DNA of 64,000 bases from Leptonemataceae bacterium. Lineage in GTDB: Bacteria > Spirochaetota > Leptospiria > Leptospirales > Leptonemataceae. Each line of letters opens with the position of its first letter. Positions within the stretch are counted from its first letter, which is position 1. The notes beneath the pieces are model-generated. The model ran no database searches. It was not told where the DNA came from and was given only the letters and a program-made list of their open reading frames with translations. The stretch lies in contig OZ245742.1 of NCBI GenBank assembly GCA_965227295.1, positions 1,632,001 to 1,696,000 on the forward strand, given 5' to 3'. Positions 49,870-59,835 of the stretch are shown here, piece after piece. Made by a program: the position numbers and the translations under genes.

Positions 49870-51348
49870 ATGCAGTTCCTGATCCCCGTTACTTCGGACG
49901 CCCGGCGTCGGCGGTCGCTTTTCCTGCGACGCTTTGTTGCCGATTTCTTCTCCGCCTATCTGCCCCAGGTGCGCTTCGCCCTGCTGGTCGGGGTGGTGCT
50001 GTACGGGGCCTTTCTGCCGCTCGACTACTTCTGGCATCCGCTGAACTTCGACGACCTTGCCCTGAACCGCGGGCTCATTGTCGGGCTTGCCCTGCTGGCA
50101 TATGCCTTTACGTACACGCGGCTCTTCCGTCGTAGCTTTCGCACCACGCTGTTTCTGCTGCACATCGCCGTGGGCCTCGGCACGTTGCATCTTACGGTCC
50201 TCGAACCCCTCTACTATACTTCCATCTATTGCGTGATCATCTTCTTCGCTCTGGTGACGCGGGCCCAGTTTGCATTCGCCGTTACCGCGAACATGGCGCT
50301 CGTGGGCATGTTCTTTTCTTATAACTTCTTCTGGAACGACACACCACCGGCCTTTGCCACGCTGTTGTTCGAAACGCTGTTGATGGCGGCCGCCACCGTG
50401 GTCTCGACTCTCGCGGCATACTTAAAAGAAACCTCGGACCTGCGCCAGTACGTGCAGAAGCGCCGGCTGCGTCGCACCGGTCGTAAGTTGAACGAGGCGC
50501 GACAGACCGTTTCGGAGCACATGCGCGTCCTGGAAAAGCGCAACCAGCAACTGGAAGACGATCTCCTGCTCGCACGTAAGACGCAAGAGGCCTTCGTGCC
50601 CCGCACCGTGTTTTCCGCGCCGGGCTACGAGTGCTACGCGCGCTACGCCCCGGTGGATCAGGTAGGCGGCGACTACTTCGACTTCTTCGATCTCGGTGAG
50701 CGCGGCATCGGCATATTCATCGGCGACGTTTCCGGTCACGGCGTGCCCGCGGCCCTGATCACGGCCATGCTTAAAATGACGTGTTCGCTGCACGTCAGCA
50801 GCGCCGAAAGCCCCGGCGACTTTCTGCGATTGCTGAACCGATCGCTCTACCGTAAAACCGGCGTGCACTTTCTCACGGCCTTCATGGCCTTCCTGGATCC
50901 CGCGGCCCGGCGCATGACCTTCAGCAACGCCGGCCACTGCTGCCCGTTGCTGTATCGCGCGGAGAGCGGGGAGATCGAGGACCTGGACTCCTACGGCCTG
51001 ATCATGGGCCTGTTGCCCTTCGACGAGTACGAAGACGCCGTTGTCGATCTACACGACGGGGATCGCCTCTTGTTTTACACGGACGGTGTTACCGAAACCC
51101 GCAATCCCCGCGGGCAGATGTACGGCCCGGGGCGTCTGCGCAAGTTCCTCTCCGCGAATCATCGCCGCGCCTCCCGGGACTTTGTCGAGTCGCTCATGCA
51201 AAACGTGGAAACCCATCGCGGCGGCCTCGACATTGAAGACGACCTGGCCATGATCTGCATCGACGTAGTGCCGGTTCCCACCGAGGCCGGTGAAAAAGAG
51301 GATGCTTCCGCCAGCGTCGGCGCCGGTCCCCGCATTGACTTCGGTTAG
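49870..51348 (+). CDS. PP2C/SpoIIE-family phosphatase with multi-TM sensor
   Basis: About 6 TMs, coiled coil, VGGDYFDF, IGDVSGHGVPAAL, NAGH, FYTDGVTE, DDLAMI. Start uncertain. Confidence 0.92.
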   Translation: MQFLIPVTSDARRRRSLFLRRFVADFFSAYLPQVRFALLVGVVLYGAFLPLDYFWHPLNFDDLALNRGLIVGLALLAYAFTYTRLFRRSFRTTLFLLHIAVGLGTLHLTVLEPLYYTSIYCVIIFFALVTRAQFAFAVTANMALVGMFFSYNFFWNDTPPAFATLLFETLLMAAATVVSTLAAYLKETSDLRQYVQKRRLRRTGRKLNEARQTVSEHMRVLEKRNQQLEDDLLLARKTQEAFVPRTVFSAPGYECYARYAPVDQVGGDYFDFFDLGERGIGIFIGDVSGHGVPAALITAMLKMTCSLHVSSAESPGDFLRLLNRSLYRKTGVHFLTAFMAFLDPAARRMTFSNAGHCCPLLYRAESGEIEDLDSYGLIMGLLPFDEYEDAVVDLHDGDRLLFYTDGVTETRNPRGQMYGPGRLRKFLSANHRRASRDFVESLMQNVETHRGGLDIEDDLAMICIDVVPVPTEAGEKEDASASVGAGPRIDFG

Positions 51349-51442
51349 AGATTGTAGACGCTCCCTGGAGTGCGGCTCAATATTTTACTTTTCGGTTAAC
51401 TGTTTTGCTTGCGGGTTTCGACGCGTGAGTATGATTCGGTTC

Positions 51443-51832
51443 ATGCCGAAAAAGAAAACTGCGTCCCGCAAAAAAACTGCGGCGTCCGCGGAGATTGCAC
51501 GCGAAGAGCGGGTCTTTCTCAGAATCGTGGCGAAGCTCTGCGGCGAAGACCGCAAGATCAGCGCCGGCAAGATGATGACCAGCGACGGCGCGCGTTACGG
51601 TACGAAGTTCTTTGCGTTTTTCTGGCGCAAGGGCGGCGGCAATTCGGCGGTCTTTCGCCTGGGACGGGAGTTCGATCCGGCGACGATCGGCGTGAAAGAT
51701 TTCAAGTACCTCAATCCGTTCAAGAACAAACCGCCCATGAAAGATTGGTTCGTCGTTGGCCCGGCCGAGCATAAAAAGTGGGAGCGCCTGGCCCGGATCG
51801 CCCTTCGGACGATGAAGGCCGGGCAGAAGTAA
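51443..51832 (+). CDS. Small basic hypothetical protein (TfoX/MmcQ-like fold possible)
   Basis: GKMMTS.G.RY..KFFAFF, VFRLG, LNPFKNKPPMKDWFVV, WERLA..AL. Confidence 0.6.
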   Translation: MPKKKTASRKKTAASAEIAREERVFLRIVAKLCGEDRKISAGKMMTSDGARYGTKFFAFFWRKGGGNSAVFRLGREFDPATIGVKDFKYLNPFKNKPPMKDWFVVGPAEHKKWERLARIALRTMKAGQK

Positions 51833-51880
51833 GCGCAAAAATTCTTTTGCCCTTTGTTCCGGGGCGAGTACTCTGGTCCG

Positions 51881-52993
51881 GTGTCCGTCGGAGTTCCCCG
51901 GGAAATCAAGAACAACGAGTTCCGCGTGGGACTCACGCCGCCGGGCGTCCAGGAACTCTGCCGAAGGGGCATTCCGGTGCGAGTGCAGGCCGGGGCCGGC
52001 GAGGGCAGCGCTTACAGAGATCGTGAGTACGAGGCGGCCGGTGCCAGGATTGTCGCCGACGCGCAGGACCTCTACGCCGACAGCAAGCTCATCGTTAAGG
52101 TGAAAGAACCCTTAGAGTCTGAATACGCGCTCATCGGTTCACAGCACACCGTCTTTACGTTCTTTCATTTTTCTTCGAGCGAAACTTTAACTCGCGCAAT
52201 GTTAAGCAGCGGGGCCACTTGCATCGCCTACGAAACCGTGGAGCGTGACGACGGCTCACTTCCGTTGCTCGTGCCCATGTCCGAGATCGCCGGACGCATG
52301 GCCGTGCATGCCGGCGCGCATTATCTCGAAAAACCCCGCGGGGGCCCGGGCATTCTGCCCGGGGGCGTTCCCGGCGTGGCCCCGGCGAAGACGTTGATCA
52401 TCGGCGGCGGCGTGGTGGGGACCCAGGCCGCGAAGGTCGCCGCGGGTCTCGGCATGCACGTCAGTGTGCTGGACGTGGACCTGGATCGATTGCGTTATCT
52501 GGCCGACATCCTGCCGCCGAACGTGAGCGTACTCATCTCGAACGATCATAACATTCGCAGCCTCGTCCGCGATCATCATTTAATCATCGGCGCGGTGTTG
52601 ATTCACGGCGCCCGGGCCCCGCACCTGATCCATCGTGAAATGCTCGGTACGATGATGCCCGGCACGGTCATTGTCGATGTGGACGTGGACCAGGGCGGTT
52701 GCGTGGAAACGTCCCGGCCGACAAACCATGAGGATCCGGCCTTCGTGATCGACGGCGTGCTGCACTACTGCGTGGCTAACATGCCGGGAGCGGTGCCGCG
52801 GACCTCGACGGAGGCGCTGGTGAACGCGACCCTGCCGTACGTCTTGAATCTCGCGGAGCGCGGCTGGCAGGAATCGTGCCGCGGGGACGCGAGTCTGCGG
52901 CGGGGCGTAAACATCATTCAGGGTGAAGTTACCTGCGGGCCGGTGGCGGATACGTTCGGACTCGCTTATCGCGACATCGAGGACATGCTGTGA
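51881..52993 (+). CDS. ald: Alanine dehydrogenase
   Basis: VGVPREIKNNEFRVGLTP, VKVKEP, IAYETV, PMSEIAGR, IIGGGVVG, DVDVDQGGC.ET, HYCVANMPGAVP. Confidence 0.96.
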   Translation: MSVGVPREIKNNEFRVGLTPPGVQELCRRGIPVRVQAGAGEGSAYRDREYEAAGARIVADAQDLYADSKLIVKVKEPLESEYALIGSQHTVFTFFHFSSSETLTRAMLSSGATCIAYETVERDDGSLPLLVPMSEIAGRMAVHAGAHYLEKPRGGPGILPGGVPGVAPAKTLIIGGGVVGTQAAKVAAGLGMHVSVLDVDLDRLRYLADILPPNVSVLISNDHNIRSLVRDHHLIIGAVLIHGARAPHLIHREMLGTMMPGTVIVDVDVDQGGCVETSRPTNHEDPAFVIDGVLHYCVANMPGAVPRTSTEALVNATLPYVLNLAERGWQESCRGDASLRRGVNIIQGEVTCGPVADTFGLAYRDIEDML

Positions 52994-53613
52994 AGATCGT
53001 CTGTATCTCGGATACGCACAATCAACACGATCGCCTTACGGTGCCCGACGGCGACGTTCTGATTCACGCCGGCGACTTCAGCATGGTCGGTGAACGCGAC
53101 GATCTTCTGGAATTCAACCGCTGGTTGGGCACGCTGCCGCACAAACACAAGGTCATCGTGGCGGGGAACCACGACTTCATCCTCGAGCGCCAGTGGGACG
53201 CTTACAAACTATTTACGAACGCAACTTATTTGCAAGATACCGGCACGGAAGTCGACGGCGTGCGTTTCTGGGGCTCGCCCATCACGCCGTACCCGCACAC
53301 CGGCTGGGCCTTCACGCGCAAGCCCGGCGATGAAATCCGTCCGCACTGGAACCGGATTCCCGAGGAAACCGACGTGTTGATCACCCATGGTCCCCCGTTT
53401 AAGGTTCTGGATTACTGCGTCCGCGACGTGCACGCCGGCTGTCGTTTGCTGCGCACGACGGTGATGCAACGCGTGCGGCCGAAGTTTCACGTGTTCGGTC
53501 ACATTCACGAGGGTTACGGCAAAGTAGAATTCGGCGGCGTGACCTACGTGAACGCGTGTTCGTTGGATGTGCGTTATCAGGTCGCGAACGATGCGATTGT
53601 GGTGGAGATTTAG
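52990..53613 (+). CDS. Metallophosphoesterase (MPPED/239FB-like)
   Basis: CISDTH, LIHAGDF, IVAGNHD, LITHGPP, HVFGHIHEGYG, VNA. GTGA overlap with ald. Confidence 0.92.
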   Translation: MKIVCISDTHNQHDRLTVPDGDVLIHAGDFSMVGERDDLLEFNRWLGTLPHKHKVIVAGNHDFILERQWDAYKLFTNATYLQDTGTEVDGVRFWGSPITPYPHTGWAFTRKPGDEIRPHWNRIPEETDVLITHGPPFKVLDYCVRDVHAGCRLLRTTVMQRVRPKFHVFGHIHEGYGKVEFGGVTYVNACSLDVRYQVANDAIVVEI

Positions 53614-53671
53614 GGGTGGCCAGCATCAATTTTTAATTGCCTGTTGTGCGGTCCTCATTCGGAATCGGAGG

Positions 53672-54991
53672 ATGTCCTCGATCTGGAAGACTCTCAGGCA
53701 TCCGATTACGTGGCAGTGGATGACGGGTGGTCTGTCATTCTTCTTTGCATATATAATCCTTGTGTTGATGAACCCCGAAGTGCTTTCGGGTCTTGCTGCT
53801 CATGGTGCACTGCTGTATTGCTTGTTTATGTTTGTTCTTATTCCCGGTGTGAACTTCTTCTATATAACCGGACGCTGGACGATGGAGCGCTGGCGTCGAG
53901 TCGGGTACTACGTTGTAATCCTGCCGAGCGCGATCTTTCTTAGCTACTGTGCAGTAAATACCAGCGGATATGCATTCGTGGCGATAAGCATCTTATATGG
54001 ATCGCAGATGGTTGCAATGGGATTTTTGCTGCGGCACCAATACTATACTGTTGCTGTGGTGTTCCTTGTGTGCGCGACAGCATTCATTTTTTTGGGATTC
54101 GCTGCTCGGAGCATCGAACCAACACTATTCATGTGCGTTCTCTCTCTGATCGTGGTACAGATTACTTTCGCAATCGCTGAGACTTCAAATATTGTCCGGC
54201 GACAACGCTCAAGTATTCAGAGTATGCTTGCAGCAATACGAAAAGATCGCCGTAATGTAGCGGCGGAAAGGCAAAAATCGGACAAGTTATTGCTGAACAT
54301 TCTTCCTGAAAAGGTGGCCGCGGAATTGAAGGAGACCGGCCGTAGCCAGCCCGAGTATTTCGAATGTGCCTCCGTCCTTTTCACAGACTTTAAGGGATTT
54401 ACGGCAATCGCAGAGGTCATGAGCCCAGGCGAACTGGTCTCTGAGCTAGATTACTGTTTCTCTTTTTTCGATTCAGTTACTGAGCGCTATCGATTGGAGA
54501 AGCTTAAGACTATCGGTGATAGCTACATGGCGGCTGGTGGGTTGCCGATCAGAAACTTAACACATGCTGCCGATTGCGTGCTGGCGGCACTGGAAGTCCA
54601 ACGATTTATGATGCAAATTCAAAACATCAAAAAGGAGGCCGGTCTACCATATTGGGAGCTTCGCCTTGGAATTCACTCCGGCCCGGTGGTGGCCGGCGTG
54701 ATTGGCGAAAAGAAATTCGCATACGATGTATGGGGTGATACTGTGAATATGGCTTCTCGCTGTGAATCATCTGGTGAACCCGGAAAAATTAATATTTCTG
54801 AGAGCACTTATAATCTCGTAAGTGAGTATTTTCAGTGCGAAAATCGCGGTAAGGTGTCGGCAAAGAACAAGGGCGAGGTCTCTATGTATTTTGTTACCGG
54901 GCTACACGCTGAATACTCCGTCGATGAAGATGGGGTTACGCCAAATGATCGATTTCATGAATGCTATGCTTCCCTCGCGAGAAAACCTTGA
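53672..54991 (+). CDS. Membrane-bound class III adenylate cyclase
   Basis: About 6 TMs, SDKLLLNILP, SVLFTDFKGFT, EKLKTIGDSYM, RLGIHSGPVVAGVIG, YDVWGDTVNMASR. The ATP-specifying Lys and Asp are present. Confidence 0.95.
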   Translation: MSSIWKTLRHPITWQWMTGGLSFFFAYIILVLMNPEVLSGLAAHGALLYCLFMFVLIPGVNFFYITGRWTMERWRRVGYYVVILPSAIFLSYCAVNTSGYAFVAISILYGSQMVAMGFLLRHQYYTVAVVFLVCATAFIFLGFAARSIEPTLFMCVLSLIVVQITFAIAETSNIVRRQRSSIQSMLAAIRKDRRNVAAERQKSDKLLLNILPEKVAAELKETGRSQPEYFECASVLFTDFKGFTAIAEVMSPGELVSELDYCFSFFDSVTERYRLEKLKTIGDSYMAAGGLPIRNLTHAADCVLAALEVQRFMMQIQNIKKEAGLPYWELRLGIHSGPVVAGVIGEKKFAYDVWGDTVNMASRCESSGEPGKINISESTYNLVSEYFQCENRGKVSAKNKGEVSMYFVTGLHAEYSVDEDGVTPNDRFHECYASLARKP

Positions 54992-55158
54992 GAACGAAGA
55001 ATGGTGGGTCGGAACCGGGCACGAGGGCCGGCTTCCCAGGGGCCCTCGTCGTTGCGGGCCTCCGCTGCGTTCCAGACTCGCGATTCTCGGATCCTATCAC
55101 TAGAAGAATCGTGTAAAAACCACTGGCCGTCTCTCTTGGAACGTGTCACCCTTTCCCC

Positions 55159-55584
55159 ATGCACCATTCCTCCTTCCCCGCGCTTACCCATCTGGCCATG
55201 CACGTCCAGGACATCGAAGCGTGCATCGACTTCTACGCGCGCTACTGCAACATGAGTATCGTTCACGACCGACGGAGCGATGAAAAAGGCCAGCGTATCG
55301 TCTGGCTTTCGGAACCGGGGCGGGAAAAAGAAATGATCTTCGTCATCATGAACGGCGGACACCTCACCGAGCAGCCGACGAACAACTATGCGCACATCGG
55401 TTTCGCCCTGGAGAGCCGGGAGGCCGTGGATCGCGTTGCCGAACTGGCCCGCGCGGACGGCCGCCTGACCTGGCCGGCCGTGGATGAACCGTATCCGGTC
55501 GGCTATTACTGCGGCGTTACCGATCCCAACGGAACCGTGGTGGAATTTAGCTACGGCCAGCCCCTGGGACCGGGCGCGGAATAA
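55159..55584 (+). CDS. VOC/glyoxalase-family protein
   Basis: LTHLAMHVQDIEACIDFY, AHIGFALESREAVD, DPNGTVVEFSYGQP. Confidence 0.9.
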   Translation: MHHSSFPALTHLAMHVQDIEACIDFYARYCNMSIVHDRRSDEKGQRIVWLSEPGREKEMIFVIMNGGHLTEQPTNNYAHIGFALESREAVDRVAELARADGRLTWPAVDEPYPVGYYCGVTDPNGTVVEFSYGQPLGPGAE

Positions 55585-55893
55585 GCACCGATCAGGATGC
55601 TGCTAACATTATCCTGACGAAACTTAGGCGCCGGCCGCGGCGAAATCGCTGATTCTGCGGCCGGCGGTCGTGTTTTCCCGGTTACCGCCGGGTCCGCAAT
55701 TTTTCCGCGCGGTCGCGGCCCTGTGCTTAAAATATAGTTTCCGGAATAGCCACATGTCATTACGGTGACTCCTATGGGCTACGAGTTTCGCCCTCGGGTT
55801 ACCGCCGCTTGCGAGGACCCGACCGGTGTGTCCGCATCTTCTCGTTCCGAAGACTCTCAATCTTCATCCGCCTCTATCGAATCATCCGAAAAC

Positions 55894-57351
55894 ATGAAAC
55901 CGCGCGAGGAGTGCGGCGTCTACGGTATCTTCGGTTGTTCGTCTGCGGCGAACTTTACCTATCTCGGCCTCTATTCATTGCAGCATCGCGGTCAGGAATC
56001 CGCGGGAATCGTCGCCACGAACGGCGAACGTCTTTACCGTTACGCCGGCATGGGGCAGGTCTCCCAGGTCTTTAACAAAGAAAAGTTAAAGGAACTCGTG
56101 GGCCACGCCGCCATCGGGCACAACCGCTACTCCACCACCGGCGCCTCGTTCCTGCGCAACGCTCAGCCCATTCGAGTGGAGTCGAATCTCGGCAGCTTTT
56201 CTCTGGCGCACAACGGCAACCTGGTCAACTCCTGGACGCTGCGGCGGGAACTGGAAAGCAGCGGCTCCATCTTTCAAACGACCATCGACTCCGAGGTCAT
56301 CGTGCATCTCATGTCCCGCAGCGGCAAAGAGCACGATTTTCTCGAAGCGCTCTGTTCCGCGTTGCGCCAGGTTCAGGGCGCTTACAGTTTGCTCGTTCTT
56401 ACGAAGGATGCCCTCTATGCCGTGCGAGATCCCAACGGCTTTCGCCCGCTGGTCCTGGGCAGACGCGAAGACGGTTCGTACGTCGTCGCCTCCGAAACCT
56501 GCGCCTTCGACATTACCGAAGCCGAGTACATTCGCGACGTGAAGCCCGGTGAACTCGTGCGCATCGACAGTCGCGGCGTGCATTCGTACTTTCCGTTTCC
56601 GCCGGCGAAAGAAGCGCTTTGTATTTTCGAAAACATTTATTTCTCCCGGCCGGACTCGGTAATCTTCGGTCGTTCGGTGTTTGAAGTCCGCAAGAACCTC
56701 GGTCGGTACCTTGCGAAGGAATGCCCGGTCGAAGCCGACGTGGTCGTGCCCGTGCCCGACTCTTCCACCGTCGCGGCCCTGGGCTACTCCGAGGAAAGCG
56801 GCATCCCGTACACCATGGGTCTCATTCGTTCCCACTACATCGGGCGGACGTTCATTGAACCCGAGCAGAAGATTCGCGACTTCGGCGCCAAGCTGAAGTA
56901 CAACGTCATCGCTTCGGCGGTGAAGGGGAAACGAGTCGTGCTGGTGGATGATTCCATCATGCGCGGCACGACTTCGCGCAAGCTGATCAAAATGTTCCGC
57001 AAGGCCGGCGCGAAAGAGATCCACATGCGCATCAGCGCGCCGCCGACCATGTTCCCGTGCTACTACGGCATCGACATTCCCACGCGCCAGGAACTCATCG
57101 CGGCGACGCACTCCGTGGACGAGATCATCAAGTACCTCAAGGTCGACTCCCTGGGCTACATGTCCCTGGAAGCCACCGAGGCGGCCATGAACGAGGCGTT
57201 GCAGACGGCGCCGGAGCACAACGGCAACGGTCGGAAGCGGGGCTGGTGCATGGCGTGTTTTTCGGGCAAGTATCCGCTGAACCTGCACGAGGACGTCGAC
57301 GGAAATCAGAAGGACCTGTTTCCCGAGTACCTGGTCGAAGAGATCGGCTGA
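55894..57351 (+). CDS. purF: Amidophosphoribosyltransferase (propeptide, Fe-S type)
   Basis: PREE|CGVYG, LQHRGQE, GHNRYST, HNGNL, VLVDDSIMRGTT, and Fe-S cysteines (CIFE, PCYYGID, CMAC). Start may lie slightly upstream. Confidence 0.97.
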   Translation: MKPREECGVYGIFGCSSAANFTYLGLYSLQHRGQESAGIVATNGERLYRYAGMGQVSQVFNKEKLKELVGHAAIGHNRYSTTGASFLRNAQPIRVESNLGSFSLAHNGNLVNSWTLRRELESSGSIFQTTIDSEVIVHLMSRSGKEHDFLEALCSALRQVQGAYSLLVLTKDALYAVRDPNGFRPLVLGRREDGSYVVASETCAFDITEAEYIRDVKPGELVRIDSRGVHSYFPFPPAKEALCIFENIYFSRPDSVIFGRSVFEVRKNLGRYLAKECPVEADVVVPVPDSSTVAALGYSEESGIPYTMGLIRSHYIGRTFIEPEQKIRDFGAKLKYNVIASAVKGKRVVLVDDSIMRGTTSRKLIKMFRKAGAKEIHMRISAPPTMFPCYYGIDIPTRQELIAATHSVDEIIKYLKVDSLGYMSLEATEAAMNEALQTAPEHNGNGRKRGWCMACFSGKYPLNLHEDVDGNQKDLFPEYLVEEIG

Positions 57352-57382
57352 TCTTCCGGCCTCCAGTCAACGAAAGTGTACC

Positions 57383-59263
57383 TTACCAATCGCGTGCGCC
57401 GTCGCTGTGCACGCTGTATGCCGGCCACACCGCGTCCCGGCGGTCCTCTCGCCGGAGCCACAGCCCCGCCGCCTCCGGTTTCAGGGCGATGATCTTATAG
57501 TCCTGTCCGTTACTCTTATACGCGTACTGCTGTTCGCAGGCAGTGCTGTCCCGCGGATCCCGGGGCAGAGCAGCGATGAATTCCGGCGCGAGCCCGGGGA
57601 TCCAGTCCTCCCGGGACGGGCCGGCACAGTTCCGGCGCGCGAACCAGGCCCCGTCCGTTTGCGGATACGCGCCGTGCCTGCGACGAAAGGTTTCCAGGGC
57701 GGCGGCCAGGGCTTCGAGATCCTTAAGGCGTTGCCGGTCCCGCCGGGCGTAGGGATCGGCGGCGAACGCGGCCTCGCGAAAGAAACGATCGCCGCCGGTT
57801 TCCAGGAAGAATCCCAGGGGAGTGTTTAACATTCGCACATCTTCAGTTAGTGTGATGCTGTCGCGTAGCGCCGTGGTCACGCCGGAGTAGTACAACAGGT
57901 TCGCGGCCTGCGGCTGCGCCAGGTACGTCTCCACATCGACGATTTCACAGCTGCGGGTGCGGAGCATGAGGCAGACCAGGCGGGTATCGAAATCGCTGAC
58001 GATACGCGGCCGCGGCGCCTCGGGCAATCGCACGGACGGTTCTTCCAGGAAACGCATCGTTGCGATCACTGATCGTTCCGGCGGTGTTCGGCGGACGTCG
58101 TCAACGAGATGGGCGATGGCAGTCAGCAGCAACACGGTCGTGAGCACGAGTTGCTGCCCGCGGTTTACGGAACGTAAAATCAACGCGAGACCCAGCACCA
58201 ACCAGGGAAGCAAACCCGCGAAGAAGACGTCCCGCGGATAGAGCAAGAGGACGCTCGCGACGTGAACGAGGGGAATGAGCAGCGGCACGGTTCCGCGGAA
58301 TGTGGGTCGCAGTCCGCCCGTGGTGAGACGTACGAGGAGCGTGATGCAACCGGCGAGGGTCAGGAGGACGGCGGCCGTCGCCGGCAGGGTCTTTTGCCAT
58401 TTTAAAAAGTCGCGCGCCTCGTTGAAAAAGGCCGGCACGTTTCCGAGGACGTGCTGCATCACCAGCGCCGGGCGTTCGCGTAGCGCGGCGACCGGTGAGA
58501 CCAGGGGTTCGCCGAAGTGTTCGCGGACGTAGGGTTCGTACTCCCCGGGCGGGCCGGGGCGATTCTGCCGTTCGTGTTCGGCAATCCAGAGATGCTGGGA
58601 AAACGCGACGCGGCTTCGCGCCTGGTAGGCCGGGCCGGCATAGTACACGGCTCCGGCGATGACCGCCGCCAGCACGGCTGTGACGATGAGGTGCGTGCGA
58701 TCCTGGCGCGCGGCGCGCAGGCTTTCTACGATGAGGTACATGCCGTAGAGGACCAGCGGCAGCAAGAGATCCAGGCGCAGGAAGATGGCGGCGAGCAGGA
58801 GAACGAAGACAGTGTAACGTACGGCCGATCGTTCGCTATGGCCGTACGCCAGGATCATGGCGTAGGCGAGGAACTGCGGAATGTAGTGTGACTCGCGGGA
58901 ATAGAATAGAAGGAACGGCACAACGAAGGCGCTGACGGCGAAGGCGATGGGAGCGGAGGCGTAACGGCGTGCGAGGACATACGCCGCAACCGTGGCGAGG
59001 CCGGTCCAGAAGAAGGCCTGGAAATAAAAGGCATCCACCGTCGATGTCGCCCACCCGTCCAGAAGGGCAAGGGATGCAGTGTAGAGCGGGTAATGGGCCA
59101 GATCGGCTTCGCCGTGGCGCGCGAGGAAGGCGTAGGCGATGTAGTCGGATGCGGGGTACTGCCAGTGGCGCAGCGCTCCGGCGAACTGCGCGCCGAAGGC
59201 TCCGACGAGAGTCAGCAAAAACCAGAAGCGTTCGGAACTTCGAGGGAGACTGCCGGCGTTCAA
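57383..59263 (-). CDS. Polytopic membrane protein (GT-C glycosyltransferase-like) with C-terminal GspG/pseudopilin-like domain
   Basis: About 11 TMs with a D..AY...A loop and YPLY motif. C-terminal RLKDLEALAAALETF....GAYP...WIPGLAPEFIAALPRDP...YAYKSNGQDYKIIA. Confidence 0.6.
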   Translation of the reverse strand: MNAGSLPRSSERFWFLLTLVGAFGAQFAGALRHWQYPASDYIAYAFLARHGEADLAHYPLYTASLALLDGWATSTVDAFYFQAFFWTGLATVAAYVLARRYASAPIAFAVSAFVVPFLLFYSRESHYIPQFLAYAMILAYGHSERSAVRYTVFVLLLAAIFLRLDLLLPLVLYGMYLIVESLRAARQDRTHLIVTAVLAAVIAGAVYYAGPAYQARSRVAFSQHLWIAEHERQNRPGPPGEYEPYVREHFGEPLVSPVAALRERPALVMQHVLGNVPAFFNEARDFLKWQKTLPATAAVLLTLAGCITLLVRLTTGGLRPTFRGTVPLLIPLVHVASVLLLYPRDVFFAGLLPWLVLGLALILRSVNRGQQLVLTTVLLLTAIAHLVDDVRRTPPERSVIATMRFLEEPSVRLPEAPRPRIVSDFDTRLVCLMLRTRSCEIVDVETYLAQPQAANLLYYSGVTTALRDSITLTEDVRMLNTPLGFFLETGGDRFFREAAFAADPYARRDRQRLKDLEALAAALETFRRRHGAYPQTDGAWFARRNCAGPSREDWIPGLAPEFIAALPRDPRDSTACEQQYAYKSNGQDYKIIALKPEAAGLWLRREDRRDAVWPAYSVHSDGARDW

Positions 59264-59835
59264 GCGTACTCGTGGTGAAGCTGTGGATAGAAGCGGAACA
59301 TGTACTCGCGGTAGTCGTCGTAGGCGTCGATGACCGCGTCCACCGAGGACATGAGCTTTAACATGCCGCGCATGAAGGCGTGGGCGTCCAGGTCAATGCG
59401 CGGTAGATCGAAGCGGTGGAGATCTTCGTCGAGGTCGAAGCGCCGTGTGGCACGCACCGAGGCATCGGCCAGACGGCGGCGAAAGATGCCGTGCATGGCC
59501 CGCTGAAAGACACGGCGAGAGGCCGTGCGAAACTCCGGCGGGTTGGTGTGCATGGGATGGACTTCGCGGAGGAACCTCGCCGCGTGTTGCAGAAAGAACT
59601 CGACGTCGTGCTCCAGGCGTTCCTGCTCTTCCAGGGAGTACGTGTTTAAGTAGAAATACAAGAGCGTAATGCGCGCCGCCCGGACTTCGCCGACCCGGCC
59701 GCTGGCCTCGCGATAGAACTCCGAATCCAGTCCGGTTTCGATGAAGACCGTCCAGCCTTCCATGCTGGCCTGTACGATTTCCTGAATTTGTTCGTTGCTG
59801 CTTGTGCCTGAGTCCGGCTCTGTTTGCGTCTCCAT
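59260..59835 (-). CDS. Hypothetical protein
   Basis: 3' part of ORF 59260..60348 from ATG 59835 (METQTEPD). Its stop overlaps the start of the next gene, consistent with an operon. Confidence 0.65.
   Translation of the reverse strand: METQTEPDSGTSSNEQIQEIVQASMEGWTVFIETGLDSEFYREASGRVGEVRAARITLLYFYLNTYSLEEQERLEHDVEFFLQHAARFLREVHPMHTNPPEFRTASRRVFQRAMHGIFRRRLADASVRATRRFDLDEDLHRFDLPRIDLDAHAFMRGMLKLMSSVDAVIDAYDDYREYMFRFYPQLHHEYA

Noticed and set aside
55002..55025. tRNA gene or attachment-site tRNA remnant
   Set aside because: Only 10 nt (CGACCCACCA) match a tRNA 3' end. There is no proper T-arm, and no integrase in the window.
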